From assembly GCA_963731795.1 (NCBI GenBank), contig CAVSWU010000003.1, forward strand, positions 1,222,216 to 1,286,215: a stretch of 64,000 nucleotides of DNA. Reading direction: 5' to 3'. Source of the stretch: an uncultured delta proteobacterium. GTDB lineage: Bacteria; Myxococcota; Myxococcia; Myxococcales; Myxococcaceae. The notes under the pieces were generated by a model. The model was not told the origin of the DNA. It saw nothing but the letters and a program-made list of their open reading frames with translations, and did no database searches. Shown here piece after piece: positions 22,068 through 31,667 of this stretch (its first letter is position 1; each line of letters begins with the position of its first letter). The position numbers and the translations under genes were made by a program.

Positions 22068-23963
22068 TCACCTCCACCGCTCCACCGCAACACCGGAGGC
22101 CACCTTCTTCCCCACAGCATGGCCGGGCTGGGAGCCCTCTTGCTTATCCATTCCCAGGACGCCCCCGCTCTTGAGCTCAACGCAGATCGGCACGGTGCGC
22201 CCGCCCGGAAGGTGAGCACGGAGATAGCGGCCATAGATGCGATCTCCCGTCGTCCACAGGTGCCCATCCAGCCGCGTCCCCGCTGGGGCCTTTCCTTCTG
22301 CCTCGATCAGCGCACCCGTGACAGGTCCATCCTTCCATACGGTCAACGGATCCTCGCGCGCCTCCTCTCGGGTTCCTTTGGTTACGTCAACGAGGATGAA
22401 GGGCTGTGACCCATGCCCAGGATAGGTGGACCACCCTAGCTCTTTCATCGCCCTAACGGCTTCCTCGGGGCAATCCTCGGGATCCGGGCGCGTCTGCACG
22501 CCGGGGCAGCCCGCTTGAAACCATGCGACGGAGGCCACGAGGAGCGCGCACCTCTCGGCTTTGGAGAGCACGCGCCGGGGACTGGCCTTCGGCGGGTTGG
22601 GTAGGCCGCTGGTGAGCGTTGGGGAGTTGTCGGGTTGTTTCACGGAAGGGCTCGCCTCCTCTTGGGTAGGGAGGGGTGAGGCTAACTGAGCGGGGCGGCT
22701 TGTCGGCTTTTCGGCCAGGGGGGTCGCGGGTCGGGGTTGATCCGCTGGGGCGCCTATGGCCACGGGGGGCGGCCCCGGGTGAGCTGGCCTGTACAGCACG
22801 AAGGCGGCGACGGCTGCCGCGAGCACTACCAGCGCCAGCGGCGCGGCCAGGGGCATACGGAGCCGCGCCGCTCGTGGACTGTGCACCGCTTCCCCCGGAG
22901 CTGCCAGCGGGGGCGGTGCCTCCGAGGGTATGGGCGGCATCTGTACGGCGGACGGGTGGACGGGGATCGGCACCTGCGGCGCCTCAACTGGCACGGGCAC
23001 CACTGCGGCGGGCTCTGGCGGGAGCTGCGCGGCGACCGGGTGAACGCGGGTGTTGCGCCACTCGGTGCCCTCGAGCTGCGCGAACTCATCCAGCGGGCCC
23101 CGTGCATCCCTCGCGGTCGCGTACCGGTCCTCGGGTTTGGGGCTGATCAGCTTCATCGCGTAGGCGCTCAACTCCTGCGGAACGCGTCCCTTGGTTGCAC
23201 TGAAGGGGGAAGGCGGCGCCATGACTTCGCTACCGAGCGGGGGCCTCTTCTGTCCTCGCGTCGGCATGGGGTCCGTCAACACGTCGTAGAGGTCCGCCCC
23301 GAGTGCGAAAATATCGTCCGTCGCTCGGAACGTGTAACGGGCCTCGGGGTTGAGCCGGTTCTCGTTCCAGAAGTGCACCGCCTCCGGGCTGCGGTTGCGC
23401 GGCGTGCCTGGGGGGAGCGGCCCATCCGTCAATTCCTCGGCTGAAGCGAAATCCGCCGCTCCAAAGTCGATGATCACCGGCTCGCCGCCCTTGGTGACCA
23501 TGATGTTCCGTAGGCTCAAGTCCCGATGGAACACGTCCCGCCCGTGCATGTGCTCCAGGGCATCAAAGAGCTTGAGGAACAGGACGACAACTTGATGCGG
23601 GGTCGGGTGGGTCTGCTCCACCCACCGCGCGAGCGTGTAGCCGTCCACGAAGTCTAGAACGATGTAGAGGAAGCCTGAGCGCGGATCCGGCCAACGGCCA
23701 TGCGCGAACATCCGGACAATGTGGGAGTGGTTGAGTTGCTGGAGGCAGGCCACCTCGCGCCGCGCGCGTGCGTCAACCTGCTTCGGGTCGTTGCTGCGCT
23801 CCGTCTGACAGGCCACCTTGAGCGCGAAGCGCTGGCCGTCCTTCTCCACCTCGTAAACGACGGCATACCCGCCGCTCCCGATGCGTCGGACGATGCGCCA
23901 GCCGTCCACCATCTGGCCGGGCGTGAGGTTCAACGGATCCACGTGAGCCAGCATGCCGCGCAC
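22068..23963 (-). CDS. eukaryotic-like Ser/Thr protein kinase with TM segment and C-terminal extracytoplasmic domain
   Basis: IGSGGYAVVY, ALKV, HRDLSLRNIMV, DFG. The linker is Pro-rich and a TM helix is PLALVVLAAAVAAFVL. Confidence 0.85.
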   Translation of the reverse strand: MRGMLAHVDPLNLTPGQMVDGWRIVRRIGSGGYAVVYEVEKDGQRFALKVACQTERSNDPKQVDARARREVACLQQLNHSHIVRMFAHGRWPDPRSGFLYIVLDFVDGYTLARWVEQTHPTPHQVVVLFLKLFDALEHMHGRDVFHRDLSLRNIMVTKGGEPVIIDFGAADFASAEELTDGPLPPGTPRNRSPEAVHFWNENRLNPEARYTFRATDDIFALGADLYDVLTDPMPTRGQKRPPLGSEVMAPPSPFSATKGRVPQELSAYAMKLISPKPEDRYATARDARGPLDEFAQLEGTEWRNTRVHPVAAQLPPEPAAVVPVPVEAPQVPIPVHPSAVQMPPIPSEAPPPLAAPGEAVHSPRAARLRMPLAAPLALVVLAAAVAAFVLYRPAHPGPPPVAIGAPADQPRPATPLAEKPTSRPAQLASPLPTQEEASPSVKQPDNSPTLTSGLPNPPKASPRRVLSKAERCALLVASVAWFQAGCPGVQTRPDPEDCPEEAVRAMKELGWSTYPGHGSQPFILVDVTKGTREEAREDPLTVWKDGPVTGALIEAEGKAPAGTRLDGHLWTTGDRIYGRYLRAHLPGGRTVPICVELKSGGVLGMDKQEGSQPGHAVGKKVASGVAVERWR

Positions 23964-23976
23964 CTCTCGCCTGTTA

Positions 23977-24891
23977 CTACAGCCGAACCTCGGGAACGGA
24001 CAGACAGCGGCTCCCGTCTGCGTTGCACACCCGTAGCGCGTGCAGCGCGCTCAACCATTCTCCCGGCTCCCTCGCGGGCATCTCCACCTCCACGGCCACG
24101 CTCACCGCGCCCCCTGGGGGGATGGTTGCTTGCCCAGAGAGCACCGCGCGAGCGCGGCGCGGCTCCCCTCCCGCTGCGGGTGTCACCTCGGCCCACGCGG
24201 GCGCCCATGGTTCCGCTCCGGTGTTGCTCACTTCGAGCACCACCACGCTCCACGTTGACGCCCCGAGTCCTCTGCACTCTACGGGGCGAAGTTCGCCGCG
24301 CACGGCCTCGCACGCCTCCCGGAAATCCTGAGCCGTCATCCCCTTGTCGTCCACCAGCCCCGCGAGCGCTACCGCTGCCGGGCTCACCGCTGGAGGCCGT
24401 GCCTTCAATTCCTCCAGTTCCTTGGCTTGTGCCTCGCACCGCTCGCGCGTGGCGGCCAGTTCCACGCGGCACGCCTCCACCGTCTGCGGCGGGCGGCTCA
24501 CGTTGACCACGGTATCCGCCTTGCCCGGCTCCCCTGTGAGCAGGAACACAACGCTAGAGGGGAACCCCTCGCGGTAGGAGAACCGGAGCGCCAGCCGTTC
24601 GCCGGGCCCGAGCGCCACGGACGGCGCGAGCGTGACGCCTGCATCACCCACCTCGAACACAGGGAAGCGGGCGCGGCCCTCCACCTGGACAGACTCCCGC
24701 AGGATCGGAGCGCCCAGCAGGATCACCGTAACGGTGCCAAGTGCCACGTAGATCACCGGAGACTCGCCAGCCTTCCCTGTGAGCACAACGGAGCGCCCAG
24801 CAGGCGCGGCCTGTGCCGTAGCGGCAAGGCCCACCAGCAGGGAGGCGAGCGCGAAAGGCGGGACGAAGGGTCGGAGCTGAATGGAGGGACC
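23977..24891 (-). CDS. secreted hypothetical protein, kinase-associated (TIGR02268-like Myxococcus paralogous family?)
   Basis: Signal-peptide-like LASLLVGLAATAQA begins the convincing part. It lies immediately upstream of the kinase on the same strand. No ATG/GTG start was found near the GGAGGT RBS. Confidence 0.4.
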   Translation of the reverse strand, partial: GPSIQLRPFVPPFALASLLVGLAATAQAAPAGRSVVLTGKAGESPVIYVALGTVTVILLGAPILRESVQVEGRARFPVFEVGDAGVTLAPSVALGPGERLALRFSYREGFPSSVVFLLTGEPGKADTVVNVSRPPQTVEACRVELAATRERCEAQAKELEELKARPPAVSPAAVALAGLVDDKGMTAQDFREACEAVRGELRPVECRGLGASTWSVVVLEVSNTGAEPWAPAWAEVTPAAGGEPRRARAVLSGQATIPPGGAVSVAVEVEMPAREPGEWLSALHALRVCNADGSRCLSVPEVRL

Positions 24892-25261
24892 TCCCAGGTA
24901 GGCCCACAGCCTAGCAGGTGATCGAGGGCGCCCGCGTCGAAGTGTGCCCCTGCCGGTTCTCGCAGCCGTTCCAGTGGGCGCCGCCCTGCCTCGACGCGGG
25001 AGCGCCCTACGGGCCGGGGCTCCCCCCGTCCGACACGCGAGCGCTCCACGGGCCCAGCGGGGGCGAGCCCCGCCGCGCGAGCGCTCCACCGGGCCGAGCT
25101 GGACGCGGCGACGATGGCCGCCGTCCTGGCGCGCGCCACTGGCCAGCGCTGGCGCTGTCGGACGCGCGCTCCTCCATCGGCTCTCGCTGTTGGGGCGTGC
25201 TGATATGCTCCAGCGGAGAACCGGAGCCTTGACCCGCAGCACCTCGCTTGATTGAAAGGAC

Positions 25262-26185
25262 GTGGCCATGCGTGCGCGAACTTGCAGCGCCCCCCTGATC
25301 CTGTTCCTGCTCTCAGCCTGCGCCACGATGGATCCGAGCCCGGGAGCGCTGGAGGACCCGAGTCCCCCGAGTCCGAGATTCGCCAACCTCCAGCGGGCGG
25401 CGCTGTACCCCTGGACGGATGATGGGCAGTGCGTCGTGCGAGAAGCATCCAACGAATGGCCTATCCTTGCGGAGCGGTGCTTTCACGCGCTCGATCGCGA
25501 CAGGGTTAGATTTCAGGATGTCACCAAACGATGCGCCGTTGCCTACGCGGATGCCGCCGCTCCCGCAGTCGTGGCCCTCTGTGTCTTTGCGGCACCCGAG
25601 ATCGTCGTCGGTGCAGTGATTGTTGTTGGCGCGGTGGTGGTTGCAGCCGCCATCCAAGAGGGGATTGATGCTTACCAACGGAACGCATCCCGCGAGCGTG
25701 CGAAGCCCAAGACTCAAACGCAACCGGCTAAGGAACCGTTAGCGAACCGAGCGCCTAAGCCAAAGGGGTCGAGCACCGGAGACATCTTCCCACCACCGCC
25801 AGAAACCAAGCCGCGCAGTCCGTCGTGCGAGCCCATCCCGGTACGACACGCGGGCGAAGATGTCCCGCATAATGAGTGCGCCGATAAGTTTCCGCCCAAC
25901 CGTTATCCCGGCATGGACGTATTCGTGGGCGGTGAGCGCTTCGATGCGCTGCAAGTCGGCGTGCGTGTGCTGTGGGAAATCAAGACCCATCAATTCGACA
26001 CGTACAATGACTTTATCCAAGACCGCGAGATTGAGAAAGAAATCGAGCAGTTGGATAAAGAACGAAGAGCTGCGGTGGCGTGCGGATATGATTTTGTCAT
26101 TGGGGTGAGCACCCAAGCGCACAAAGCCGCGCTGCTGCGACGGGATCAGACCCTCCATATCGTCGTCACGGGGTGCAAGCGATGA
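25262..26185 (+). CDS. lipoprotein, putative polymorphic toxin with C-terminal PD-(D/E)xK-like nuclease motif (copy 1)
   Basis: Lipobox LLSAC, an internal hydrophobic segment and an Ala/Pro/Lys linker. The C-terminal PGMDVFVGG...LWEIKTH resembles PD...ExK. It is a paralog of 39642-40544. Confidence 0.55.
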   Translation: MAMRARTCSAPLILFLLSACATMDPSPGALEDPSPPSPRFANLQRAALYPWTDDGQCVVREASNEWPILAERCFHALDRDRVRFQDVTKRCAVAYADAAAPAVVALCVFAAPEIVVGAVIVVGAVVVAAAIQEGIDAYQRNASRERAKPKTQTQPAKEPLANRAPKPKGSSTGDIFPPPPETKPRSPSCEPIPVRHAGEDVPHNECADKFPPNRYPGMDVFVGGERFDALQVGVRVLWEIKTHQFDTYNDFIQDREIEKEIEQLDKERRAAVACGYDFVIGVSTQAHKAALLRRDQTLHIVVTGCKR

Positions 26186-26940
26186 CTAAGCGAAAAAGAC
26201 TCGGCATCATCGTCTACGCGCCTGCGCTCGTGGGCAACGAACGCCGCGTGCTCGATAGCGTCCATGGAATGGAAAAGGCGCTCCCCGGCCTGCGCCTGGA
26301 GTGGCGTCTCTCCAAAGGCGGGCGCCCCATCGCATTGCCGCAGCGCGACGCGTGGCTCGTAGAAAAGATTGAGGACGGGGGCTTCCCTCTTGTGTGCAAC
26401 GGGGACGCGAGTTACGCCGTGACGGTCTGGGGAAGGGAAAGATCAGGACTCTTCAGCTCTGGCGGTCAAGCCCAGTTTGAGGTGCATGCAAGACTGCCTC
26501 TGGACGAGCCCGTGATCGCGTCAGCGGCAGCTGTGCTTGAGGGCGTGGCGGAGGGGGCGGGTGCGCTGTGGGGGCGTGCGACGCCAGAGGACGCTGAGCT
26601 GGACATCGCGTATCAGACAGCGCCCACGCAGGAAGGGCCGCCGTCCCCACGCCGGGGGCTGCCCGCCCTGAAGCTCTTCGAGCACATCCGCTCGCCCGAG
26701 ATTCCCTATTACCTCGGATGGCTGAACTACTGGTCTGCCGCTGCCGCGAAAGAGATCGGGTTCCCGGACCCGGCCCGCGACACCGAGCTGCTCACTCGGG
26801 CGCGGCGCACTCCGTCGGGCGGGTGGGTCGTGCAGCTCACCGATGCGCCGCTCGATCTCGACAACCCCGCCCACCTGGACGCACTCAAGCGGACCTACGA
26901 GCGCTTCCCGGAGATTGGCGGGCGCGACTCTCCACGCTGA
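26182..26940 (+). CDS. putative cognate immunity protein (copy 1)
   Basis: ATGA start/stop overlap with the upstream toxin-like gene. About 85% aa identical to 38890-39645, which follows the second toxin copy. Confidence 0.5.
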   Translation: MTKRKRLGIIVYAPALVGNERRVLDSVHGMEKALPGLRLEWRLSKGGRPIALPQRDAWLVEKIEDGGFPLVCNGDASYAVTVWGRERSGLFSSGGQAQFEVHARLPLDEPVIASAAAVLEGVAEGAGALWGRATPEDAELDIAYQTAPTQEGPPSPRRGLPALKLFEHIRSPEIPYYLGWLNYWSAAAAKEIGFPDPARDTELLTRARRTPSGGWVVQLTDAPLDLDNPAHLDALKRTYERFPEIGGRDSPR

Positions 26941-27135
26941 AGGAGGCTGCTGCGCGTCTCCTAGCACACTCCACCGGGGCCGAGCTGGCGCTATCTGACG
27001 CGCGCGAGCGCTCCACGGGGCCAGCAGGCACGCATCGACGCGCGAGCTCTGCCATATGCGCCCCAGATCCGCCAGGAACCACGCGGGCGCCGGGGCTGAT
27101 TCGCGGGGGGCAGAACACGCCAAAATCACCCCGGT

Positions 27136-27699
27136 TCAAACCTGACCGGCGGCCAGGTCCTCGAGCGACTCGCGGATCAGGTCCTCGAACTTCGCGATCT
27201 GCGCCGTCGTCAGCTCTGGCATCGCCTGCTTGGCTCGCGACGGGACACCCAAGAGCTTCGTCCGGCACTTCCTGAAGACGTCTTCCAGCTCAGCGCGGAC
27301 GCCGGCCGCCGGCACGACTTCGCCGGCCGCCTTCAGATATTCCAGCTTCGCCGTCTTCGCCTGCCAGACCGCTTTGATCGCGTTGGCCTCCGACAAGGAC
27401 ATCCCCTCATACGGCTCGGGAACCTCGCCAGAGAGGGAGGGCGCGGCGCCTGACGACGCCCGTTGTCGGTTGTCGGGGGGCGTGTCACCTACTGAGCCAG
27501 CCGCGACCACGGACGCGGGCGCCTTGCTCAAGTCCGTGTTGGCCACCCATTCGCGGTCAGCCCGGTCAGGGTCGATCATGCCGTTCGGCTCCAGGTGAAT
27601 ACGGCCCTTCGCCAGTGCGCGCTGCACGGCCTGAAGGGAGCCCCCGGGGAGGCCCCTGTCCTTCCGATGCTCAGCGTATTTGCGCCGCGACAGCCCCAT
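27136..27699 (-). CDS. phage-type DNA-binding protein (terminase small subunit-like N-terminus)
   Basis: N-terminal MGLSRRKYAEHRKDRGLPGGSLQAVQRALAKGRI resembles the HTH of phage terminase small subunits; the C-terminus is helical. Confidence 0.4.
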   Translation of the reverse strand: MGLSRRKYAEHRKDRGLPGGSLQAVQRALAKGRIHLEPNGMIDPDRADREWVANTDLSKAPASVVAAGSVGDTPPDNRQRASSGAAPSLSGEVPEPYEGMSLSEANAIKAVWQAKTAKLEYLKAAGEVVPAAGVRAELEDVFRKCRTKLLGVPSRAKQAMPELTTAQIAKFEDLIRESLEDLAAGQV

Positions 27700-27941
27700 G
27701 TGACTCCCTTCCTAATCAGTGTACTGACAACACCTACACGCCGGGTTCACTGCCGCAGGACTGCGGATCTACGCTCCCGCAGCGGGTGGGACGCCGGAAG
27801 GACCCAAGCCTATGGGGGGGTGGAACCGTCACGGCTCGACGGCCTCGATCCGGCCACCTGCGAGGAAGGGGCGACGCTCATTTATCTGACCCCTTCCCGA
27901 TGGTGTGTTCTTCCGGGCCCTTCCCATTTCGCTTCCCACCC

Positions 27942-29144
27942 TTAGGGTGTGGGAAGCGCGGAAGGGGTGCTTCCGGCGCTTCCCGGGAAGCGTGGGAAGG
28001 GATGTGCCACCGTTGCCCGATCTTCATGATCATCCCCTCCAGTCTCCAGCTCCTTGCACGCTTGCAGCACGGCTTGAGTCCGGCGACTCAGACGGAGAGC
28101 TAACCCCGAGCCGCTGTCCGGTTTCTCCGCGAGCGCAGCCTGGATGTCCGCGCCGAGTTCCTCGGCTGCGGGCGCGGCCTTGGCCCTGACCTCGCGGCTG
28201 TACGTCCAGAGCGCCCACGTGGCCTCGCCGTTAGCGTCGTCCCTGATGTTCAAGGTGAGCTCGAACAGTCCCGCCGCACGCCCTGTCTTGGTCTCCACGA
28301 GCACAGAATCGGTCAAGGTGCTCTCCGTATGGGCCTTGAGCGCCATGTAGAAACCGCCGTCCACCGCGCCGTGGATGGCGGAGCTTCCGCGCATCATCTG
28401 GCCCGCGCGCCGTGAGGACTTGTCGGGGCTGCTCTTCGCGCTGTGGTGGACGAACAGCACAGTGCAATCCAAGAGGTCGCGGATCGCACGAAGCTGGGCC
28501 ATCACGTGCGCCATGGCGCCGCTGTCGTTCTCCTCGGCGCCGTGGATATCGCGCAGCGGGTCCAGCGCAACCAGCTTGGGCGCGCGCGGGAGCATCCGCA
28601 CAGCGGCGATGACGGCACACACGTCTGCGTCGTCCTGCAGGTCGATGTGCCCCCGGCACTGGATGTGGATGCGCCCTGTGGCCTTCTGAGGATCGAGCCC
28701 CTTGCCCACCGCGAGCGCCGCAAGCCGCGTGCGCATGGACTGTTCGCTGTCCTCGGCCATGAATAGGGCCACCTCTCCGGCCTCGCTCACCTGGAACTCG
28801 CCGAACGCCGGGACCGCATTTGCAACCGCCAGCGCTATCTCGATCTCCGCCCAAGTCTTGGCGGCCTTGGGTTCGGCTGAGATGGAGAAGACGCTCTTTT
28901 CCGGGATGATCCCGCTGATGGTCCACTGCATCGGTTTCGCAGGGCGCGAGAGGATGTCAGCGGCGCACTCGAACAGGACCTTGCGCTGGCCGCCAACGCT
29001 CCGGCCACGGTGCTGATCAAGCTCCAACCAAGCCCGGTGGAGCTGCCATTCGTAGGTCCCCGGCGCGGCGTCGGGGTCCGTGACGAAGTTGCTGCGGGCC
29101 TCTTTCACGGCGATGAGTTCCGCAACGCCCTCCGGCAGGCTCAA
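27942..29144 (-). CDS. RecA-like / AAA_25 family ATPase (RepA/primase-associated helicase-like)
   Basis: Walker A-like GIIPEKSVFSISAEPKAAKT and a Walker B-like acidic patch. TTG start. A TGA at 29211-29213 closes the upstream prim-pol frame, and no ATG/GTG lies between that stop and the ATPase's TTG start. Confidence 0.6.
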   Translation of the reverse strand: MSLPEGVAELIAVKEARSNFVTDPDAAPGTYEWQLHRAWLELDQHRGRSVGGQRKVLFECAADILSRPAKPMQWTISGIIPEKSVFSISAEPKAAKTWAEIEIALAVANAVPAFGEFQVSEAGEVALFMAEDSEQSMRTRLAALAVGKGLDPQKATGRIHIQCRGHIDLQDDADVCAVIAAVRMLPRAPKLVALDPLRDIHGAEENDSGAMAHVMAQLRAIRDLLDCTVLFVHHSAKSSPDKSSRRAGQMMRGSSAIHGAVDGGFYMALKAHTESTLTDSVLVETKTGRAAGLFELTLNIRDDANGEATWALWTYSREVRAKAAPAAEELGADIQAALAEKPDSGSGLALRLSRRTQAVLQACKELETGGDDHEDRATVAHPFPRFPGSAGSTPSALPTP

Positions 29145-29254
29145 GACCGGCTCCGGCGCAGTTTTCTCGCCTCGCGCCCGCCTATGCTGGATGCGATCTT
29201 GTCCACCTGCTCACTCGAAAGCGGCGGCTTGCACCGCGCCTCGTTGGTGACGTG

Positions 29255-29262
29255 GAGCAACT
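29255..29262. repeat. IS66 target-site duplication, left copy (GAGCAACT)
   Basis: Identical 8-mer at 31734-31741, directly abutting the imperfect terminal inverted repeats. Confidence 0.75.
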
Positions 29263-29340
29263 GTATCTGTTCGCCGTGCCCCGTCGTGACGAGGAGGCCG
29301 CCGCCGTGACACCACCAGGGCTCCACATGAGGAGGAGTCC

Positions 29341-29760
29341 ATGGAGAAGGAGTTGGAGCAGTTCCGGCAGGAGGTAGAGCGACTGAGGGCCGGGCGGCAG
29401 AAAGGCTCGTTGCCCTACCCGGAGACGCTGAGAGCGTTTGCGGTGCGCTACGTGGAGCATGCCCTGGAGGCGGGCGGGACGTTTGAGGCAGCAGCGACGG
29501 CGCTGGGGGTGTCGAAGCCGACGCTGCAAGCGTGGAGGAAGGGCAAGCCTGCGGCGCATCGTCGAGCCAAGGCGGGAGCAGAGGGGCGTGGGCTGGTGCC
29601 GGTGGTGGTGTCCGAGCCAAGGAAGCCGGGACGGCCGGCGATGGCGCAACCAGCCGTGGGGCAGGCAGGGCCCTTGACGGTGGTGGCCCCCGGGGGCTTT
29701 CGGGTGGAGGGGTTGAGCCTGGAGGGCGCAGCGCAGTTGCTGCGGAAACTGGGATGCTGA
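29341..29760 (+). CDS. tnpA: IS66 TnpA (orf1)
   Basis: 139 aa, first ORF of the IS66 unit with a helix-turn-helix region. Confidence 0.7.
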   Translation: MEKELEQFRQEVERLRAGRQKGSLPYPETLRAFAVRYVEHALEAGGTFEAAATALGVSKPTLQAWRKGKPAAHRRAKAGAEGRGLVPVVVSEPRKPGRPAMAQPAVGQAGPLTVVAPGGFRVEGLSLEGAAQLLRKLGC

Positions 29761-30134
29761 CGCTCACCCGAGCGGTGCGAGTGTTTGCCTATGCGGCGGC
29801 AGTGGACATGCGCAAGGGGTTCGATGGGCTGGGGGCCCTGGTGGAGCAGCAGCTGGGCGGGCAGTTGCTCAAGGGGGATGTGTTCCTGTTTGTGGGCCGA
29901 AGCCGCCGCCGCGCCAAGGTGCTGTACTTCGATGGGACGGGGCTGGTGTTGTTGACCAAGCGCTTGTTCCAAGGACGCTTCGCGCGGCCCTGGCCCGAGA
30001 AGGGCGCTGCCTCGGTGGAGTTGACGGTGGCCGAGCTGTCGCTGTTCCTGGAGGGCTGCGAGCTGGCGGGCCGCTGGAGGCTGTCGCCGCCTGCCTTCGA
30101 GGAAAAAACCCTTGCGGTAGGCTCTGCGTCCTAG
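29754..30134 (+). CDS. tnpB: IS66 TnpB (Orf2)
   Basis: VDMRKGFDGLGALV...GDVFLFVGRSRRRAKVLYFDGTGLVLLTKRL is the IS66 Orf2 signature. The ATG overlaps the tnpA stop. Confidence 0.8.
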   Translation: MLTLTRAVRVFAYAAAVDMRKGFDGLGALVEQQLGGQLLKGDVFLFVGRSRRRAKVLYFDGTGLVLLTKRLFQGRFARPWPEKGAASVELTVAELSLFLEGCELAGRWRLSPPAFEEKTLAVGSAS

Positions 30135-30149
30135 CACCTCTCAGGTAGG

Positions 30150-31667
30150 ATGGTGAAACTGGAGCAGGTGACAGACTTGGAGACGGCCAGGCAGGTGATA
30201 CGGCTGCTGGAGGCGGAGAATGAAAGGCTGCATCAGCGACTGCAGCACCTGGTGGCGGAGCTGGCCCGGCTCAAGGGGCAGGACGCCTCGGCGCAGTTGC
30301 AGCGCGAGCTGACAAAGCTCCAAGAGCAGCTGGCCTTACTCCAGCAGCGCCAGTTTGGCCCCTCCAGCGAGAAGCGCCCGCTGGCCTCACCGGTGGAGCG
30401 GCCACAGCGCACCCAGCCGCCTCAGGGCCACGGTCCCCGCGCCCAGCCAGAGCTGCCCGTACAAGAGGTGCTGCTGCCGTTGGATGAGGCCGACCAGGTG
30501 TGTGCCCTGTGCGGCGCTACGCTGCATGAGTGGGACGGGCAGACGGAGGACAGCGAAGAAATCACCGTCGTGGAGCGCCAGTTCGTGCTGCGCAAGGTGC
30601 GGCGCCAGAAGTACCGCTGCCCCCAGGGCTGTGCGCCGGTGACGGCGCCTGCACCCCCGCGCCTGGTAGAGGGCGGCCGCTACTCGGTGGAGTTCGCGGT
30701 GCACGTAGCCTTGCAGAAGTACGCCTACCACCTGCCGCTGGCCCGCCAGGAGCGCATGTTCCGGCGTGAGGGCCTGGTAGTCGAGCGCCAGACGCTCTGG
30801 GATCAGCTGGAGGCATTGGCCGACCACCTGCGCCCCAGCTACGAGGCGCTGCCCTCGGAGGCTTTCACCTCGCCGCTCATTCACGCCGATGAGACGCACT
30901 GGTACCTGTTGGACAAGGGGCCGGCCAAGAAGTGGTACGCGTGGACGGTGGCCTCGCCCGACACGGTGTACCACCGAATCCTGCCCAGCCGCTCGGGAGC
31001 CACGGCCAAAACCGTGCTTGGAGACTACGCGGGCGTCGTCGTGGTGGATGGGTATGCGGCCTACCAGACGGCGACGAAGTCCGGCGCGGACGGGCCCGCC
31101 CCTGCCACGCTGGCCTTCTGTTGGGCGCACGTGCGGCGCAAGTTCGTGGAGGCGCTCAAGTTCGAGCCGGCCTGCCAGCAGGTGGTGGAGCTCATCGGCC
31201 AGCTGTACGCCATCGAGGAGGACCTGCCTGACTGGCACGCGTTGGAAGGACAGGCGCAACAGGACGCGCTGGCCCATCGGCTCACCGTGCGACAGCAGCA
31301 GTCGGCCCCCCTCGTCGAGCGCATCAAGGCGTGGGCGCTTTCTCAGAAGGCGCTGCCCGACAGCACCTTTCGCAAGGCCCTCGAGTACATGCTGGAGCTG
31401 TGGAACGGGCTGACGCTCTTCCTGCACAACCCCCGGGTGCCGTTGGATAACAACCACGTCGAGCGACAACTGCGAGACATGGTGCTGGGCCGCAAGAACC
31501 ACTACGGCAGCAAGTCCCAGCGAGGCACCGAGGTGGCTGCTCTCTTCTACTCGCTCATCGAGACGGCCAAACTGCGTGGTGAGGATCCGGGCGACTACCT
31601 GCTGCGCGCAGCCCTCGCCGCCATCGAGAAGCCGGGCACCGTCACACTTCCCTCAGGCGTCGACTGA
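30150..31667 (+). CDS. tnpC: IS66-family transposase TnpC
   Basis: 505 aa with a leucine zipper, a CxxC zinc finger, DETHWYLL, and HYGSKSQRG...LIETAKLRGEDP. Confidence 0.9.
   Translation: MVKLEQVTDLETARQVIRLLEAENERLHQRLQHLVAELARLKGQDASAQLQRELTKLQEQLALLQQRQFGPSSEKRPLASPVERPQRTQPPQGHGPRAQPELPVQEVLLPLDEADQVCALCGATLHEWDGQTEDSEEITVVERQFVLRKVRRQKYRCPQGCAPVTAPAPPRLVEGGRYSVEFAVHVALQKYAYHLPLARQERMFRREGLVVERQTLWDQLEALADHLRPSYEALPSEAFTSPLIHADETHWYLLDKGPAKKWYAWTVASPDTVYHRILPSRSGATAKTVLGDYAGVVVVDGYAAYQTATKSGADGPAPATLAFCWAHVRRKFVEALKFEPACQQVVELIGQLYAIEEDLPDWHALEGQAQQDALAHRLTVRQQQSAPLVERIKAWALSQKALPDSTFRKALEYMLELWNGLTLFLHNPRVPLDNNHVERQLRDMVLGRKNHYGSKSQRGTEVAALFYSLIETAKLRGEDPGDYLLRAALAAIEKPGTVTLPSGVD

Noticed and set aside
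25313-25723. 136-aa and 131-aa ORFs antisense to the two toxin-like genes (25313-25723 -, 40110-40505 +)
   Set aside because: Mirror-image artefacts of the duplicated cassette. They have no RBS or motifs and sit inside better-supported genes.
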